A stretch of 64,000 nt of DNA, from the NCBI GenBank assembly GCA_033763315.1, contig JANRKS010000035.1, positions 174,291 through 238,290 on the forward strand. The letters are read 5' to 3'. The position numbers and the translations under genes are program-made. This document shows, piece by piece, positions 18,961 through 28,902 of the stretch (the stretch's first letter is position 1; the number at the start of each line of letters is the position of its first letter). Below the pieces are notes generated by a model that worked only from the letters and a program-made list of their open reading frames with translations, did not search any database and was not told the DNA's origin. Source of the DNA: Deltaproteobacteria bacterium (GTDB lineage: Bacteria > Myxococcota_A > Polyangia > Fen-1088).

Positions 18961-21900
18961 AGCACGGAAGTATCCGAAGCGGCTGATCGAGATCGACCTG
19001 CCGATCCGACGGATCTCGGAGCATTCGCGCAGAGAGAAGTCGATCCGTCACGGACACATCTCGACGCTGCATATCTGGTGGGCAAGAAGGCCGCTCGGCG
19101 CCTGTCGCGCAGTTCTTTGCGCCGCGCTGTGGCCCGACCCGGCCGACCAGTTCTGCCCCGATGCGTTCCGCGTCTCCGCTTACGAGGCTCTTGCCAAGCT
19201 GAGTGCTGGCATCGAGCGTGACCGTCCCGCCTTCGAGATCGTTGGACGCCACGCCAGCATTTGGCGCGGGTTTCAGCAGGGGAGTGTGCGTCTCGATGCC
19301 GGAGACGGACTCATGCGTCTGCGCGATGCGCTGCTCCTCTTCATTGGCGAGTTTTCGAGTTGGAACGCTGCAACGGTGCCCCTTCTTCTCGAAACTGCAC
19401 GGAGGATCACCCGCGCCGCGCATACTTCCTTGCATGGTGCCCATGCCGACCTTCCGTCCGTGCTCGATCCTTTCGCCGGTGGAGGTTCGATTCCGCTTGA
19501 AGCGCTGCGTGTCGGGGCGGATGCAATAGCGAGCGACATCAATCCGATCCCCGTCCTTCTTAATCGCGTGGTTCTTGAGTTTGGATCGGATCGCCTGACT
19601 ACGCTGCGTGACACCTTCGCTAGCGCTGCGCGCCAAGTTGAAGAGCGTACGCGTAAGTTCCTCGCTCCTGCATTCGAAACTCGTGCAGGAGCCGCGCCCG
19701 TCGCGTACCTCTGGGCTCGCACGATTTTGTGCGAGGGCCCGGCTTGTGGGCTTGAGATTCCGATGCTTCGAACCCTCCGCCTTTCGAAGCACGGCAAGGC
19801 TTCATCGTGGCTTCGACTCACCCATGACGAGAAGGAGAGAGCACTCGTCATCACCGTCGAGCAACGGGAGTCTTCGACTGGCGCGGGCACAGTGAAGTCG
19901 GGCTCCGTCCTATGTCCCGCCTGCGGCTACACGACCAAGGGTGAGGCTGCGCGTGCTCAGCTTGCGGCGCGCAACGGCGGTTCGGCTGACGCTCGTATGG
20001 TCGCAGTGTTGGAACGCGACACTTCTGGCGTCAAACGGTTTCGAGCCCCCGAACAGGTCGATGCTCGTGCACACCAGGCTGCCGTCAAGCTCCTCGATCA
20101 ACTCCGCGCAGATGCCGGGGGCCTTTCTACGGTGCCTGACGAACTGATTCCGACTGAGCGGCCTTCTCCCAATGCCAGGGGATTGTCCGCCGTAACGCGC
20201 GTGGGAATGCGAAGATTTGGAGATCTGTACACGCCCCGACAGGCGCTGGTCCTAGCGGCACTCGCCAAGGCCGTCCGCGAAGTCACCGAGGTGTATCGGG
20301 CCAGCGCGACTGCCGATGCAGATATCCTCAACGTGCTGCTTGCCGCTGCGGTTAGTAAGCGGGCCGATTTTGGCAGTTCACTTTGTTCCTGGCGCCTCGG
20401 GGCCTCCTGCGTCCGAGGAACGTTCGCGCGCCAAGCCCTCGCCAACACCTGGGACTTTGGCGAGATGTACCCATTCGCTGGGAGCGCCGGCGACTGGGCT
20501 GAGGCGTGCGCTTTCATCGACAAGTTTCTCGGGCACTTGGTGGATTCGAAGCTCGCAACTGGCAGCGTGATTTCAGCGTCGGCGACCCACCATCCGCTGC
20601 CCGACGATACTGTCGACGCATTGATCACGGACCCGCCGTACTACGACTCCGTGCCCTACGCAGACCTCTCCGACTACTTTTACGTGTGGCTCCGGCGCGC
20701 GTTGACCGGTCGCAACTCTCTTCCGGGCGCCGGGTCACCGAAGGACGGCGAGATCATCTGGAATCCCACGAGAAGCGTGGGGCAGCGCCCCAAGGACAAG
20801 CAGTTCTATGAAGAGCAAATGACGCTCGCGTTCCAGGAGGCGAGAAGAGTCACCAAGCCCGATGGTATCGCTGTCGTTGTATTCGCTCACAAGAGCACGG
20901 CGGGCTGGGAGGCTGTTCTTGAAGCTCTTCTGAAGGCCGGGTGGATTGCGACTGGTTCTTGGCCGCTCGACACAGAGCGCGCAGGGAGAACGAATGCTGT
21001 GGGGACTGCGTCCCTTGGTTCTTCCGTCCACATCGTATGCCGTCCGAGAGAGAGTGCGTCGGGAGCGGTTGTGGAAGGCGAAGTGGGCTCCTGGCGAGAT
21101 GTGCTTCAGGAGCTCCCCCAGCGAATTCACGAGTGGATGCCTCGCCTCTCGCAAGAAGGCATCGTGGGCGCAGACGCTATCTTTGCCTGCCTCGGCCCCG
21201 CCTTAGAGGTCTTTTCTCGGTTTTCGCGCGTCGAGAAGTCGAACGGCGACGTTGTGGGTCTCCGCGACTACCTTGAGCATGTTTGGGCCGCTGTTTCTCG
21301 CGAGGCGCTCTCGATGATCTTTAGCGCCGCTGATGCTTCTGGGCTTGAAGCCGATGCTCGAATCACTGCGATTTGGCTGTGGACTCTTGCTGATCCTACA
21401 GACAGCGGGGCAAAGAGCGAGGCGGGCGATTCAGACGAGGATGACGAGGTGGACGACGATGGCGATGGCGCCGAAGCGGCCGGCTTTGTTCTCGATTTCG
21501 ATGCAGCTCGAAAAATCGCGCAAGGTCTTGGTGCCCGGCTCGAAGAACTGGAGGCAGTAGTCGAGGTTCAAAAGGACAAGGCACGCCTTCTCCCCGTGGC
21601 CGAGCGTTCGAAGTTCCTGTTCGGAAAGAGCGTGGGCGGACCTTCGGCCAAACGTCCGGGGAAGAAGAAGCAAATGACCTTGTTCGCGGAGATCGACGAA
21701 GCCGCTGAGGCCCAGGGATGGGGAGAGGTGGGGGCTCCCCGAGCGGGGACGACCACCTTGGACCGCGTCCACCAAGCGATGCTGCTCTTCGGCGCAGGCC
21801 GCGGTGAGGCGCTGAAGCGCTTCATCGTCGAAGAGGGCGTCGGCAAGCAGCCGCAGTTTTGGAAGCTCGCCCAGTCGCTCTCCGCGCTCTACCCGATTGG

Positions 21901-21964
21901 CACCGACGAGAAGCGCTGGGTTGACGGTTTCCTCGCGCGCAAGAAGGGCTTGGGTTTCGGATGA
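18953..21964 (+). CDS. DUF1156 amino-DNA methyltransferase with Zn-ribbon, copy 1
   Basis: HIWWARRP, DPFAGGGSIPLE (motif I), CEGPAC/CPAC, DPPY (motif IV). Confidence 0.9.
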   Translation: MSEARKYPKRLIEIDLPIRRISEHSRREKSIRHGHISTLHIWWARRPLGACRAVLCAALWPDPADQFCPDAFRVSAYEALAKLSAGIERDRPAFEIVGRHASIWRGFQQGSVRLDAGDGLMRLRDALLLFIGEFSSWNAATVPLLLETARRITRAAHTSLHGAHADLPSVLDPFAGGGSIPLEALRVGADAIASDINPIPVLLNRVVLEFGSDRLTTLRDTFASAARQVEERTRKFLAPAFETRAGAAPVAYLWARTILCEGPACGLEIPMLRTLRLSKHGKASSWLRLTHDEKERALVITVEQRESSTGAGTVKSGSVLCPACGYTTKGEAARAQLAARNGGSADARMVAVLERDTSGVKRFRAPEQVDARAHQAAVKLLDQLRADAGGLSTVPDELIPTERPSPNARGLSAVTRVGMRRFGDLYTPRQALVLAALAKAVREVTEVYRASATADADILNVLLAAAVSKRADFGSSLCSWRLGASCVRGTFARQALANTWDFGEMYPFAGSAGDWAEACAFIDKFLGHLVDSKLATGSVISASATHHPLPDDTVDALITDPPYYDSVPYADLSDYFYVWLRRALTGRNSLPGAGSPKDGEIIWNPTRSVGQRPKDKQFYEEQMTLAFQEARRVTKPDGIAVVVFAHKSTAGWEAVLEALLKAGWIATGSWPLDTERAGRTNAVGTASLGSSVHIVCRPRESASGAVVEGEVGSWRDVLQELPQRIHEWMPRLSQEGIVGADAIFACLGPALEVFSRFSRVEKSNGDVVGLRDYLEHVWAAVSREALSMIFSAADASGLEADARITAIWLWTLADPTDSGAKSEAGDSDEDDEVDDDGDGAEAAGFVLDFDAARKIAQGLGARLEELEAVVEVQKDKARLLPVAERSKFLFGKSVGGPSAKRPGKKKQMTLFAEIDEAAEAQGWGEVGAPRAGTTTLDRVHQAMLLFGAGRGEALKRFIVEEGVGKQPQFWKLAQSLSALYPIGTDEKRWVDGFLARKKGLGFG

Positions 21965-23769
21965 CCTCAGTCCGGATTGCAAAGATTCGTGTCGAGAACT
22001 TCCGCGCTCTGAAAGACGTGTGCGTTGAACTGGATGAGAAGGTGACTGTGTTCGTCGGCGAGAACAACACCGGAAAGACTTCTCTCATTGAGGCACTCAC
22101 AATCGCATTTGATCACCGCGTCGCAGCCAAAGACGATCTCCACGTCGGCGCAGAAGGCGCAACCGCTTCACGCTGCGTGATCGACGTTCGAATCGAGCCG
22201 ACAGAAGCCGAGTTCAGCGATGCGGCTACCGATCTTTTCGCCCAGGCGATCCAGGTCAAGGAAACGCCTCCCTTCGTTACTTTGCGCTACGTCGGAGAAC
22301 CGAGCGGCGCCGACACGCGCCTCAGCGGAAGGCGACGATTTGTTCAGGGTTGGGCCGATACCGCGGCTGAAGCGACGAATCTGAAAGAGCTGCAATCCCC
22401 TGTCTATCGATCGGACATGCGTGAAGCTCTGCTTGTTTCAGTGCTCGACGCGCGGAGGGACGTTGTTGAGCAACTTCGGCAGCGAGGCTCGTTCTTGAAT
22501 GCACTGGTCGCAGAACTGAGCTTGAAACCTGAGCTGCGCACGGAAGTGGAGGAGGCGCTGTCTCGGTTGGGCCAAGGCGTCCTTGATGGAAGTCCTGTTC
22601 TCGGCGACCTGCGGAAAGAGCTTGAGAGCGTGTCGCAGTCCCTATCGCGAACCTCGTCAGGTGTCTCGATCGCCCCGCTGCCAACTTCTGCCGATGATCT
22701 TGGTCGAGCGCTCGATATCCTCGTCCAGGCACCCGGCGGCAGTCCGCTTTCTGTTCATCGTCAGGGGATGGGCACCAGAAGCCTCACTGCCCTCGTCGTT
22801 TTCCGCGCCTTTGTGGCGGCTCGCCTTCGACGTTCCCCTACCCCGCTCATGGCGCTTTCTGTGTTCGAGGAGCCGGAAGCGCATCTGCACCCTCAGGCCC
22901 AGCGCGGCGTTCTTGAAATCCTAGGAGGCGTACAGGGGCAGAAGATCCTCTCGACGCATTCCCCGTACGTGGCATCGGTGGCGGAGCCTTGGACCTACCG
23001 CACTTTCACCCGTGACTGCGCCAACGTTCGAGTTCGGGCCTTTGCTCGCACTAGGGGCGGAAAAGATGCCTTCGACGCCGGAGCCCTCGCAGACATCAGG
23101 CGTTTCTGTTTGGAACGTAATGGCGAGATCTTCTTCGCACGCACCGTGATCCTGGTGGAGGGCGATACAGAGGGGGCGGTGCTTCCAGTATTCGCCGACG
23201 CTCATTGGAAGGGCCGGTGTGATTCTCTCGGGGTCTCGATCGTGCGGGTGGATGGCGCGGGCAAGGCCGGGTACCTCGCCCGCGTCCTGGAAGACCTTGG
23301 TATCGCGTGGTTTTGTCTCCTTGACGGGGACACTGGCTGGGATTCCGGCGTGCGCGGTTTGAGTAATGCTCTTGGGCGCCCAATGGACGAGAAATCCAGG
23401 GAGATTGTCCGGCTCAAGGTGGGGACCGACGGAGTGGATCTAGAGGAGTATCTCCTTCGTTCTGGCTATGAGGCAGCGTTCGCACCCGCTCTCAAAGCAT
23501 TGGACGGCCCATCCGCCATCGATGACTACCGATCAAGGCTCAACGGGCAGAAGCTGAAGCGCGGTGGCATCCGAGACTACGAGACAGCGGGCTGGGAGAA
23601 GCGACTCCTTCTCGACTACGCGCGCGCCGAAAAGGGACGCCTCGGGCGCTTGCTGGCGAACGAAGTGCTTCGGCTCAATGGCGAAGGCGGTCTTGGATTG
23701 TTGCCGCCTGCGGTGCAAGACCTTTTTGCGCGGGTTGACGCGGCATTGTTGCCAAGGCAGGGACCGTGA
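21961..23769 (+). CDS. OLD-family ABC-ATPase/TOPRIM nuclease (GajA-like)
   Basis: Walker A GENNTGKT, signature-like QGMG, Walker B FEEPEAHLHP, H-loop STHS; TOPRIM LVEGDTE and DGD. Confidence 0.88.
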   Translation: MTSVRIAKIRVENFRALKDVCVELDEKVTVFVGENNTGKTSLIEALTIAFDHRVAAKDDLHVGAEGATASRCVIDVRIEPTEAEFSDAATDLFAQAIQVKETPPFVTLRYVGEPSGADTRLSGRRRFVQGWADTAAEATNLKELQSPVYRSDMREALLVSVLDARRDVVEQLRQRGSFLNALVAELSLKPELRTEVEEALSRLGQGVLDGSPVLGDLRKELESVSQSLSRTSSGVSIAPLPTSADDLGRALDILVQAPGGSPLSVHRQGMGTRSLTALVVFRAFVAARLRRSPTPLMALSVFEEPEAHLHPQAQRGVLEILGGVQGQKILSTHSPYVASVAEPWTYRTFTRDCANVRVRAFARTRGGKDAFDAGALADIRRFCLERNGEIFFARTVILVEGDTEGAVLPVFADAHWKGRCDSLGVSIVRVDGAGKAGYLARVLEDLGIAWFCLLDGDTGWDSGVRGLSNALGRPMDEKSREIVRLKVGTDGVDLEEYLLRSGYEAAFAPALKALDGPSAIDDYRSRLNGQKLKRGGIRDYETAGWEKRLLLDYARAEKGRLGRLLANEVLRLNGEGGLGLLPPAVQDLFARVDAALLPRQGP

Positions 23770-25616
23770 AACCCTTCCAGCCCACCGACGAACAGCGTCA
23801 CATCATCGAGTTCGCGGAGGGCTGCGCCTTGGTGGTTGCCGCCCCTGGCTCCGGCAAGACGGAGGTGCTTACCCGGAGGGCTGAGCGTCTGTTGCAGCGG
23901 TCAGAAGGGCAGAATGCGCGAGTCCTTGCGCTCACGTTCTCTACCCGGGCGGGTGACACGATTCGCGATCGACTCGAAGCAACGCTGGGCGCTGATTCCC
24001 GCAGAGTTGTGGCGCAGACGTTCCACGCGTTCGCGACGGATGTACTAACCCACTATGGGGACAAGCCGAATCGGACCATCTACGATCGCGAAGAAGATCG
24101 TCTGCAGGCTCTTTCCGAGGCCCTTGCTGATGAGGAGCCATTTCTTGGTGGTGTCGGAGGGAAGGAGCTGAAGAACCTTCTTGCTCGCATCGGTCGCTGG
24201 AAGCGCGACCTTGTTACACCCGAAGCCGCCCAACTCGAAGAGCCAGCGGAGGCGGCCGCCTACGCTGCATACAATCGTCGCCTTGAGCAGCTCAATGCTG
24301 CGGACTTCGATGATCTCCTCTTTGAGGTAAACCAACTTTTCCAGGGCTCGCCGAGTGTGGCCAGGCATTACCGTCGCCTGTTTCGACATGTGATGATCGA
24401 CGAAGCCCAGGATACGAGTCGGGTCCAGTACGAGATCATCCGTGCGTTGTGCGGCGCTGATCATAGGAACGTGGTTCTTTTCGCTGACGACCATCAGGCG
24501 CTCTATGGTTTTGCCGGAGCCGATCGTCGATTCCTTCGCGACTTCGCCACCGACTTCGCCCCAGTCGAGCGCTTCGGCCTGACGAAGAACTTCCGGTGCG
24601 CAACAGCGATCGTTCGAACTGCAAACGGGATAAGCGACAAGTTGGTCAAGGATGTCCCGCGGCGAATGCTCGATGATGGTCGGGCGCCGGGGCGCGTGTT
24701 CCTGCGAGAATTCGGTTCGGTAGAAGAAGAGGCGCAGTTCGTGGTCGGCCAGACCCAGCAACTGCTGCGCGACGGTCTTCCGCCGGAGATCCTCCATGCC
24801 GAAGAGGCTCGCAGTTTGGTTCCGGAGAACATTTGCGTCCTGGCGCGGGCCCGGTACGCGCTCGACGCGATAGTCGCCGGATTTGCATCATCTGGAGTCG
24901 AGGTCGCGTTCTCGAGCGGCCCTCGACCGGTGTTCGACAGCCAGGCCGGTCAAAATTTTCTCGACCTTTGTAGGATTCTGCGGAACCCCAAGGATGCGAT
25001 CGCGTGGCGGCGCCTCCTGTCCGAACGCGCTGACGGAAGCCTAGTGCATCCTCCGAGCAGCCCACCCGAAGTGCTGAAGGTGCTGGCCTCCGGATCGGAT
25101 GGTATCGCCCGTCTCGCGATGAAGGCCCAACGAGCGGCCAACCCGATGTCTGATGTACAGGTTCTGATCGATGCCGTCGGGGAAGCGATGCGGGACTGGC
25201 CTACTGGGGACGAAAACGAACGAGCGAGCATCGACAATGATTGGGATCTGGTCAGGGATCGCTGGCGACGCGTGCGGGCCGATGCCGGACACGACGTTCC
25301 TACCCTTGAGGCGCTTCTGAATGACTTGTCCCTGGTAGGTCGGACCGCCCTCGACCGTGGAGGGGTTCGTGTCCTCACTGTGCACGCAGCAAAGGGCTTG
25401 GAGTTTCGTGCTGTGTTCCTGGTGGGAATGAATGAGGGCACGTTCCCCGACTATCGGGCCAAGTCGCAAAACCAGATCGAAGAGGAGCGGCGGAGCGCCT
25501 ACGTTGCGGTAACCCGAGCCCAGCGCTGGCTGTGTGTGACCCGGGCGAAAGTGAGAGGCGCCTATTTGCAGACGCCCTCTGGATTCCTTCGCGAAATGAA
25601 CTTGGACCTCAAATGA
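23766..25616 (+). CDS. UvrD/Rep-like SF1 helicase (GajB-like)
   Basis: AAPGSGKT, DEAQD, NFRC, TVHAAKGLEF, EERRSAYVAVTRA; GTGA overlap with the OLD gene. Confidence 0.9.
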   Translation: MKPFQPTDEQRHIIEFAEGCALVVAAPGSGKTEVLTRRAERLLQRSEGQNARVLALTFSTRAGDTIRDRLEATLGADSRRVVAQTFHAFATDVLTHYGDKPNRTIYDREEDRLQALSEALADEEPFLGGVGGKELKNLLARIGRWKRDLVTPEAAQLEEPAEAAAYAAYNRRLEQLNAADFDDLLFEVNQLFQGSPSVARHYRRLFRHVMIDEAQDTSRVQYEIIRALCGADHRNVVLFADDHQALYGFAGADRRFLRDFATDFAPVERFGLTKNFRCATAIVRTANGISDKLVKDVPRRMLDDGRAPGRVFLREFGSVEEEAQFVVGQTQQLLRDGLPPEILHAEEARSLVPENICVLARARYALDAIVAGFASSGVEVAFSSGPRPVFDSQAGQNFLDLCRILRNPKDAIAWRRLLSERADGSLVHPPSSPPEVLKVLASGSDGIARLAMKAQRAANPMSDVQVLIDAVGEAMRDWPTGDENERASIDNDWDLVRDRWRRVRADAGHDVPTLEALLNDLSLVGRTALDRGGVRVLTVHAAKGLEFRAVFLVGMNEGTFPDYRAKSQNQIEEERRSAYVAVTRAQRWLCVTRAKVRGAYLQTPSGFLREMNLDLK

Positions 25617-25803
25617 CTTCCGGAGTTTTTCTCGTTCCGGCGCGCAAGACGGTGGCCCCTGCCGGGCGATCTGCGATCGGGCTGCCCGAAAGAGCTGGAC
25701 GTTTCCACTTCAGCCGCTTCACGGCTCTGGGAGCTGATCTGCGCCGACGGGGCTGCGTGATCCAGGCGGTATCAGTTGATGCTGTCGTGATGGTCCACGC
25801 CCC

Positions 25804-25901
25804 GCATCCGGCAGCGAATCCGGCAAGTGCCGCTGGATACTTCGGAGCGACCCGCGGAGCCCGAGAACCCGGCAACGAATCCGGCAACGGTTGCCGGATT
25901 C
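25804..25901. repeat. Cluster of ~12-bp GAATCCGGCAAC-like repeats ending in a perfect palindrome
   Basis: GCATCCGGCAGC-GAATCCGGCAAG, then GAACCCGGCAAC-GAATCCGGCAAC-G-GTTGCCGGATTC (palindrome 25877-25901). Confidence 0.75.
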
Positions 25902-25995
25902 TCAGAGGCAGATACCACCGCGATTCCGCATTCCTCGGATTCAACTGCACCATCCTGGCGAGAACGTCCCTCGACCCTCTGGAGTCCGGCGTGTG

Positions 25996-28902
25996 ATGCT
26001 TGCGACCGAGACATACCCGCGCCGCCTCATCGAGGTCGATCTCCCGATCGCCACGGTATCGGGGCACGCGCGGGATGGGCGATCAGTCCATCATGGGCAC
26101 ATCACCGCGATCCACATCTGGTGGGCGCGCAAGCCCCTTCCCTCCTGCCGAGCGGCCCTTCTCGCTGCCTCGTTGATCGACCCGCTCGACCCAGGGTGCC
26201 CGGCTGCGTTCAAGCAGCAGGCACGAAACGTTTTGGGCCAGCTCTACGGGATGGACCTCGAAGCAGACGGCGAGGCCCTCCGCCGCGGGCTCCTGCGGCT
26301 CGTCGCGGATTTCGCGGCGTGGCAGCGCGCAACCGACCCGGCATTCCGGCATGCCGCCCGCGCTCTTGCCTCGTCGGCGCACGCAGCCCTTTTTGAGACG
26401 GGTCCGTCGTTCCTCGCCGATCCGTTCTGCGGGGGCGGCTCGATACCGCTCGAAGGCCTGCGGCTCGGGGCCACGTCGTACGCATCCGACCTCAACCCGG
26501 TCGCGACACTCATCAGCAAGGTCACGCTCGAATACGTGCAACGCTTCGGTGAAACGCTATTCACTGAGGTAGAGCGGTGGGGCGCCGAGATCGCCCGAGA
26601 GGTGAACGAGGATCTACGGCACCTCTATCCGGTCGTCGATGGCCAGCAGCCCGTCGCGTACATCTCGTTTCGCCGCATCCAGTGTGAAGGACCTAGGTGT
26701 GGCGCCGACGTGGTGCTAACGAGCAAGTTCCACCTTTCGCGCCGTGGCGACCGCTCCGTCGGCTTGCGGCTTGTAGGCTGGGATGGTCCGACGCCCCGGT
26801 TCGAGATCACCGAAGGCAACCTGCGCGCATTCCCCGACCCGACCGTTCGTCGTGGTGCCGCCACGTGCCTCAAGTGCGGCTACACGATCCCCGTCGAGCA
26901 CGTGCGCGAGCAGCTCTCTTCCCGCGCGGGCGGAGCCGCCTCTTCGCTCCTCGTCGCGGTCGCCGTCGATGGGTCCTCGGGCGAGCGTCTGTTCCGCGCG
27001 CCCGCCGACGTTGACTACGCCGCCTTGCTGACCGCTTCCAAATCCCTGGCTCAACTCGAAACCGCCGAAGGTGATGGGCTCTCCGAACTACCCAATGAGT
27101 CGCTTCCGCCGATCGGAACGCTCGGATTCCGCGTTCAACGCTACGGAATGGTCCGGTGGCGCGACCTCTTTACGCCACGCCAGCTCCTGACCATCACCAC
27201 CCTGGTTCGCCTCGTGCGGGAGGCGATGCCCAATGATCGCGCGCCAAACGGCCTCGGGGTCGCCGTCCGTTCGTGCCTCGCGCTTGCCGTCGATCGACTT
27301 TGCGACTACCAAAACACCGGCTGCTCATGGAACCCGAGCGGTTCCGCTCTGCCGCACCTCTTCACCCGGCAGGCGCTTCCGATCATTTGGGACTACGGCG
27401 AGGCAAACCCGCTCGCCTCGTCTTCGGGCTCGTGGGCGGGCGCCGTCGAGCACGTTGTCCGAGGTCTCCGCAACGCACATGTCACGGCCCCTGGTTCGCC
27501 ACAGGGCGAACACGGCGCCGACGTAGGCCTGGCATCCGCGAGTCACCATCCGCTGCCCACGGACTGCGCGCACATCTTGATAACCGACCCGCCGTATTAC
27601 GACGCCATCCCGTACGGAGACCTCTCTGACTTCTTCTACGTGTGGCTGCGCCGCATGCTCGCAGCCGATCACCCTGAGCTGTTCAAGACAACGCTGGTGC
27701 CGCGCGAGAACGAGGCCATCGTTAATCCCGTCGCCGGCAAGGACCGAGGCTACTACCGAAGGATCATGACGGCTGCGCTCGCAGAGGCGCGCCGTGTGAC
27801 GAGGCCCGACGGCGTTGGCGTGATCATCTTCGCCCACAAGTCGACGAGTGGCTGGGAGGATCTTCTCGCTGCGATGATCGACGCGGGCTGGATCATCACC
27901 GCGTCGTGGCCCATCGACACCGAGAACGCTTCGCGCCTGCGGGCGCGGAACTCCGCGGTGCTGGGCTCGTCGATTCACCTCGTGTGCCGACCGCGCGAAC
28001 ACCGCGACGGCCGCCTCATCACGGACACGGTTGGCGACTGGCGCGACATCCTCGCTGCGCTTCCGAAACGCATCTCCGAATGGATGCCTCGACTTGCCCG
28101 CGAAGGAATCGTCGGAGCCGATGCCATTTTCGCGTGCCTGGGTCCCGCGCTGGAGCTGTTCTCTCGCTTCGCCCGCGTCGAGAAGGTGTCAGGCGCGGTT
28201 GTGCCACTTGAAGAGTACCTCGAACAGGTTTGGGCGGCCGTTTCACGCGAAGCACTTTCCATGATCTTCAACGAGGCCGAAACCGCGGGACTCGAAGAGG
28301 ACGCGCGCATCACTGCGATGTGGCTGTGGACGCTTGCGGGCGCAGCTGCGGCCTCGTCCGAAGGCACAGAGGATGCGGACTCGATCGATGAGGGGGCCGG
28401 CGGTGACAGCGCGATGGCGGGCTTCAGCCTTGAGTACGACGCTGCCCGCAAGATCGCCCAGGGGCTCGGCGCGCGCCTCGAAGCGCTCAACCAGGTGGTG
28501 GAGGTCAAGGGAGCAACCGCGCGCCTCGTCGCGGTCGCCGAGCGCGCAAATGTCCTATTCGGTGGAACCGACGCGGTCCAAGCACCCAGGCGCGCATCGA
28601 AAAAGCGACAGATGTCGCTGTTCGCCGAGCTAGACGAGGCCGCCAGGTCCCAGGGTTGGGGCGATGTCGGCACCCCAAGGGCCGGAGCCACGACGCTCGA
28701 CCGCGTCCATCAGGCAATGCTGCTCTTCGCTTCCGGCCGAGGAGAGGCCCTCAAGCGATTCCTCGTGGACGAGGGCGTCGGTCAGGGCCCGCTGTTCTGG
28801 AAACTCGCCCAGTCGTTGTCAGCACTATACCCCAGCGGCTCCGACGAGAAGCGCTGGGTCGACGGCGTCCTCGCGCGGAAGAAGGGATTCGGTTTCGGAT
28901 GA
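25996..28902 (+). CDS. DUF1156 amino-DNA methyltransferase with Zn-ribbon, copy 2
   Basis: MLATETYPRRLIEVDLP aligns with the copy-1 start; HIWWARKP, DPFCGGGSIPLE, CEGPRC/CLKC, DPPY. Confidence 0.9.
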   Translation: MLATETYPRRLIEVDLPIATVSGHARDGRSVHHGHITAIHIWWARKPLPSCRAALLAASLIDPLDPGCPAAFKQQARNVLGQLYGMDLEADGEALRRGLLRLVADFAAWQRATDPAFRHAARALASSAHAALFETGPSFLADPFCGGGSIPLEGLRLGATSYASDLNPVATLISKVTLEYVQRFGETLFTEVERWGAEIAREVNEDLRHLYPVVDGQQPVAYISFRRIQCEGPRCGADVVLTSKFHLSRRGDRSVGLRLVGWDGPTPRFEITEGNLRAFPDPTVRRGAATCLKCGYTIPVEHVREQLSSRAGGAASSLLVAVAVDGSSGERLFRAPADVDYAALLTASKSLAQLETAEGDGLSELPNESLPPIGTLGFRVQRYGMVRWRDLFTPRQLLTITTLVRLVREAMPNDRAPNGLGVAVRSCLALAVDRLCDYQNTGCSWNPSGSALPHLFTRQALPIIWDYGEANPLASSSGSWAGAVEHVVRGLRNAHVTAPGSPQGEHGADVGLASASHHPLPTDCAHILITDPPYYDAIPYGDLSDFFYVWLRRMLAADHPELFKTTLVPRENEAIVNPVAGKDRGYYRRIMTAALAEARRVTRPDGVGVIIFAHKSTSGWEDLLAAMIDAGWIITASWPIDTENASRLRARNSAVLGSSIHLVCRPREHRDGRLITDTVGDWRDILAALPKRISEWMPRLAREGIVGADAIFACLGPALELFSRFARVEKVSGAVVPLEEYLEQVWAAVSREALSMIFNEAETAGLEEDARITAMWLWTLAGAAAASSEGTEDADSIDEGAGGDSAMAGFSLEYDAARKIAQGLGARLEALNQVVEVKGATARLVAVAERANVLFGGTDAVQAPRRASKKRQMSLFAELDEAARSQGWGDVGTPRAGATTLDRVHQAMLLFASGRGEALKRFLVDEGVGQGPLFWKLAQSLSALYPSGSDEKRWVDGVLARKKGFGFG

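Noticed and set aside
15523-21964. DISARM system (DrmD-like SNF2 + methylase)
   Set aside because: No DrmA helicase, DrmB (DUF1998) or DrmC seen; DUF1156 + DUF499 fit the restriction-like DUF499 system instead.
25613-25996. 127-aa ORF coupled to UvrD and MTase 2
   Set aside because: Stop/start overlaps exist at both ends, but the translation has no recognisable motif and crosses a DNA palindrome cluster; left unannotated, not excluded.
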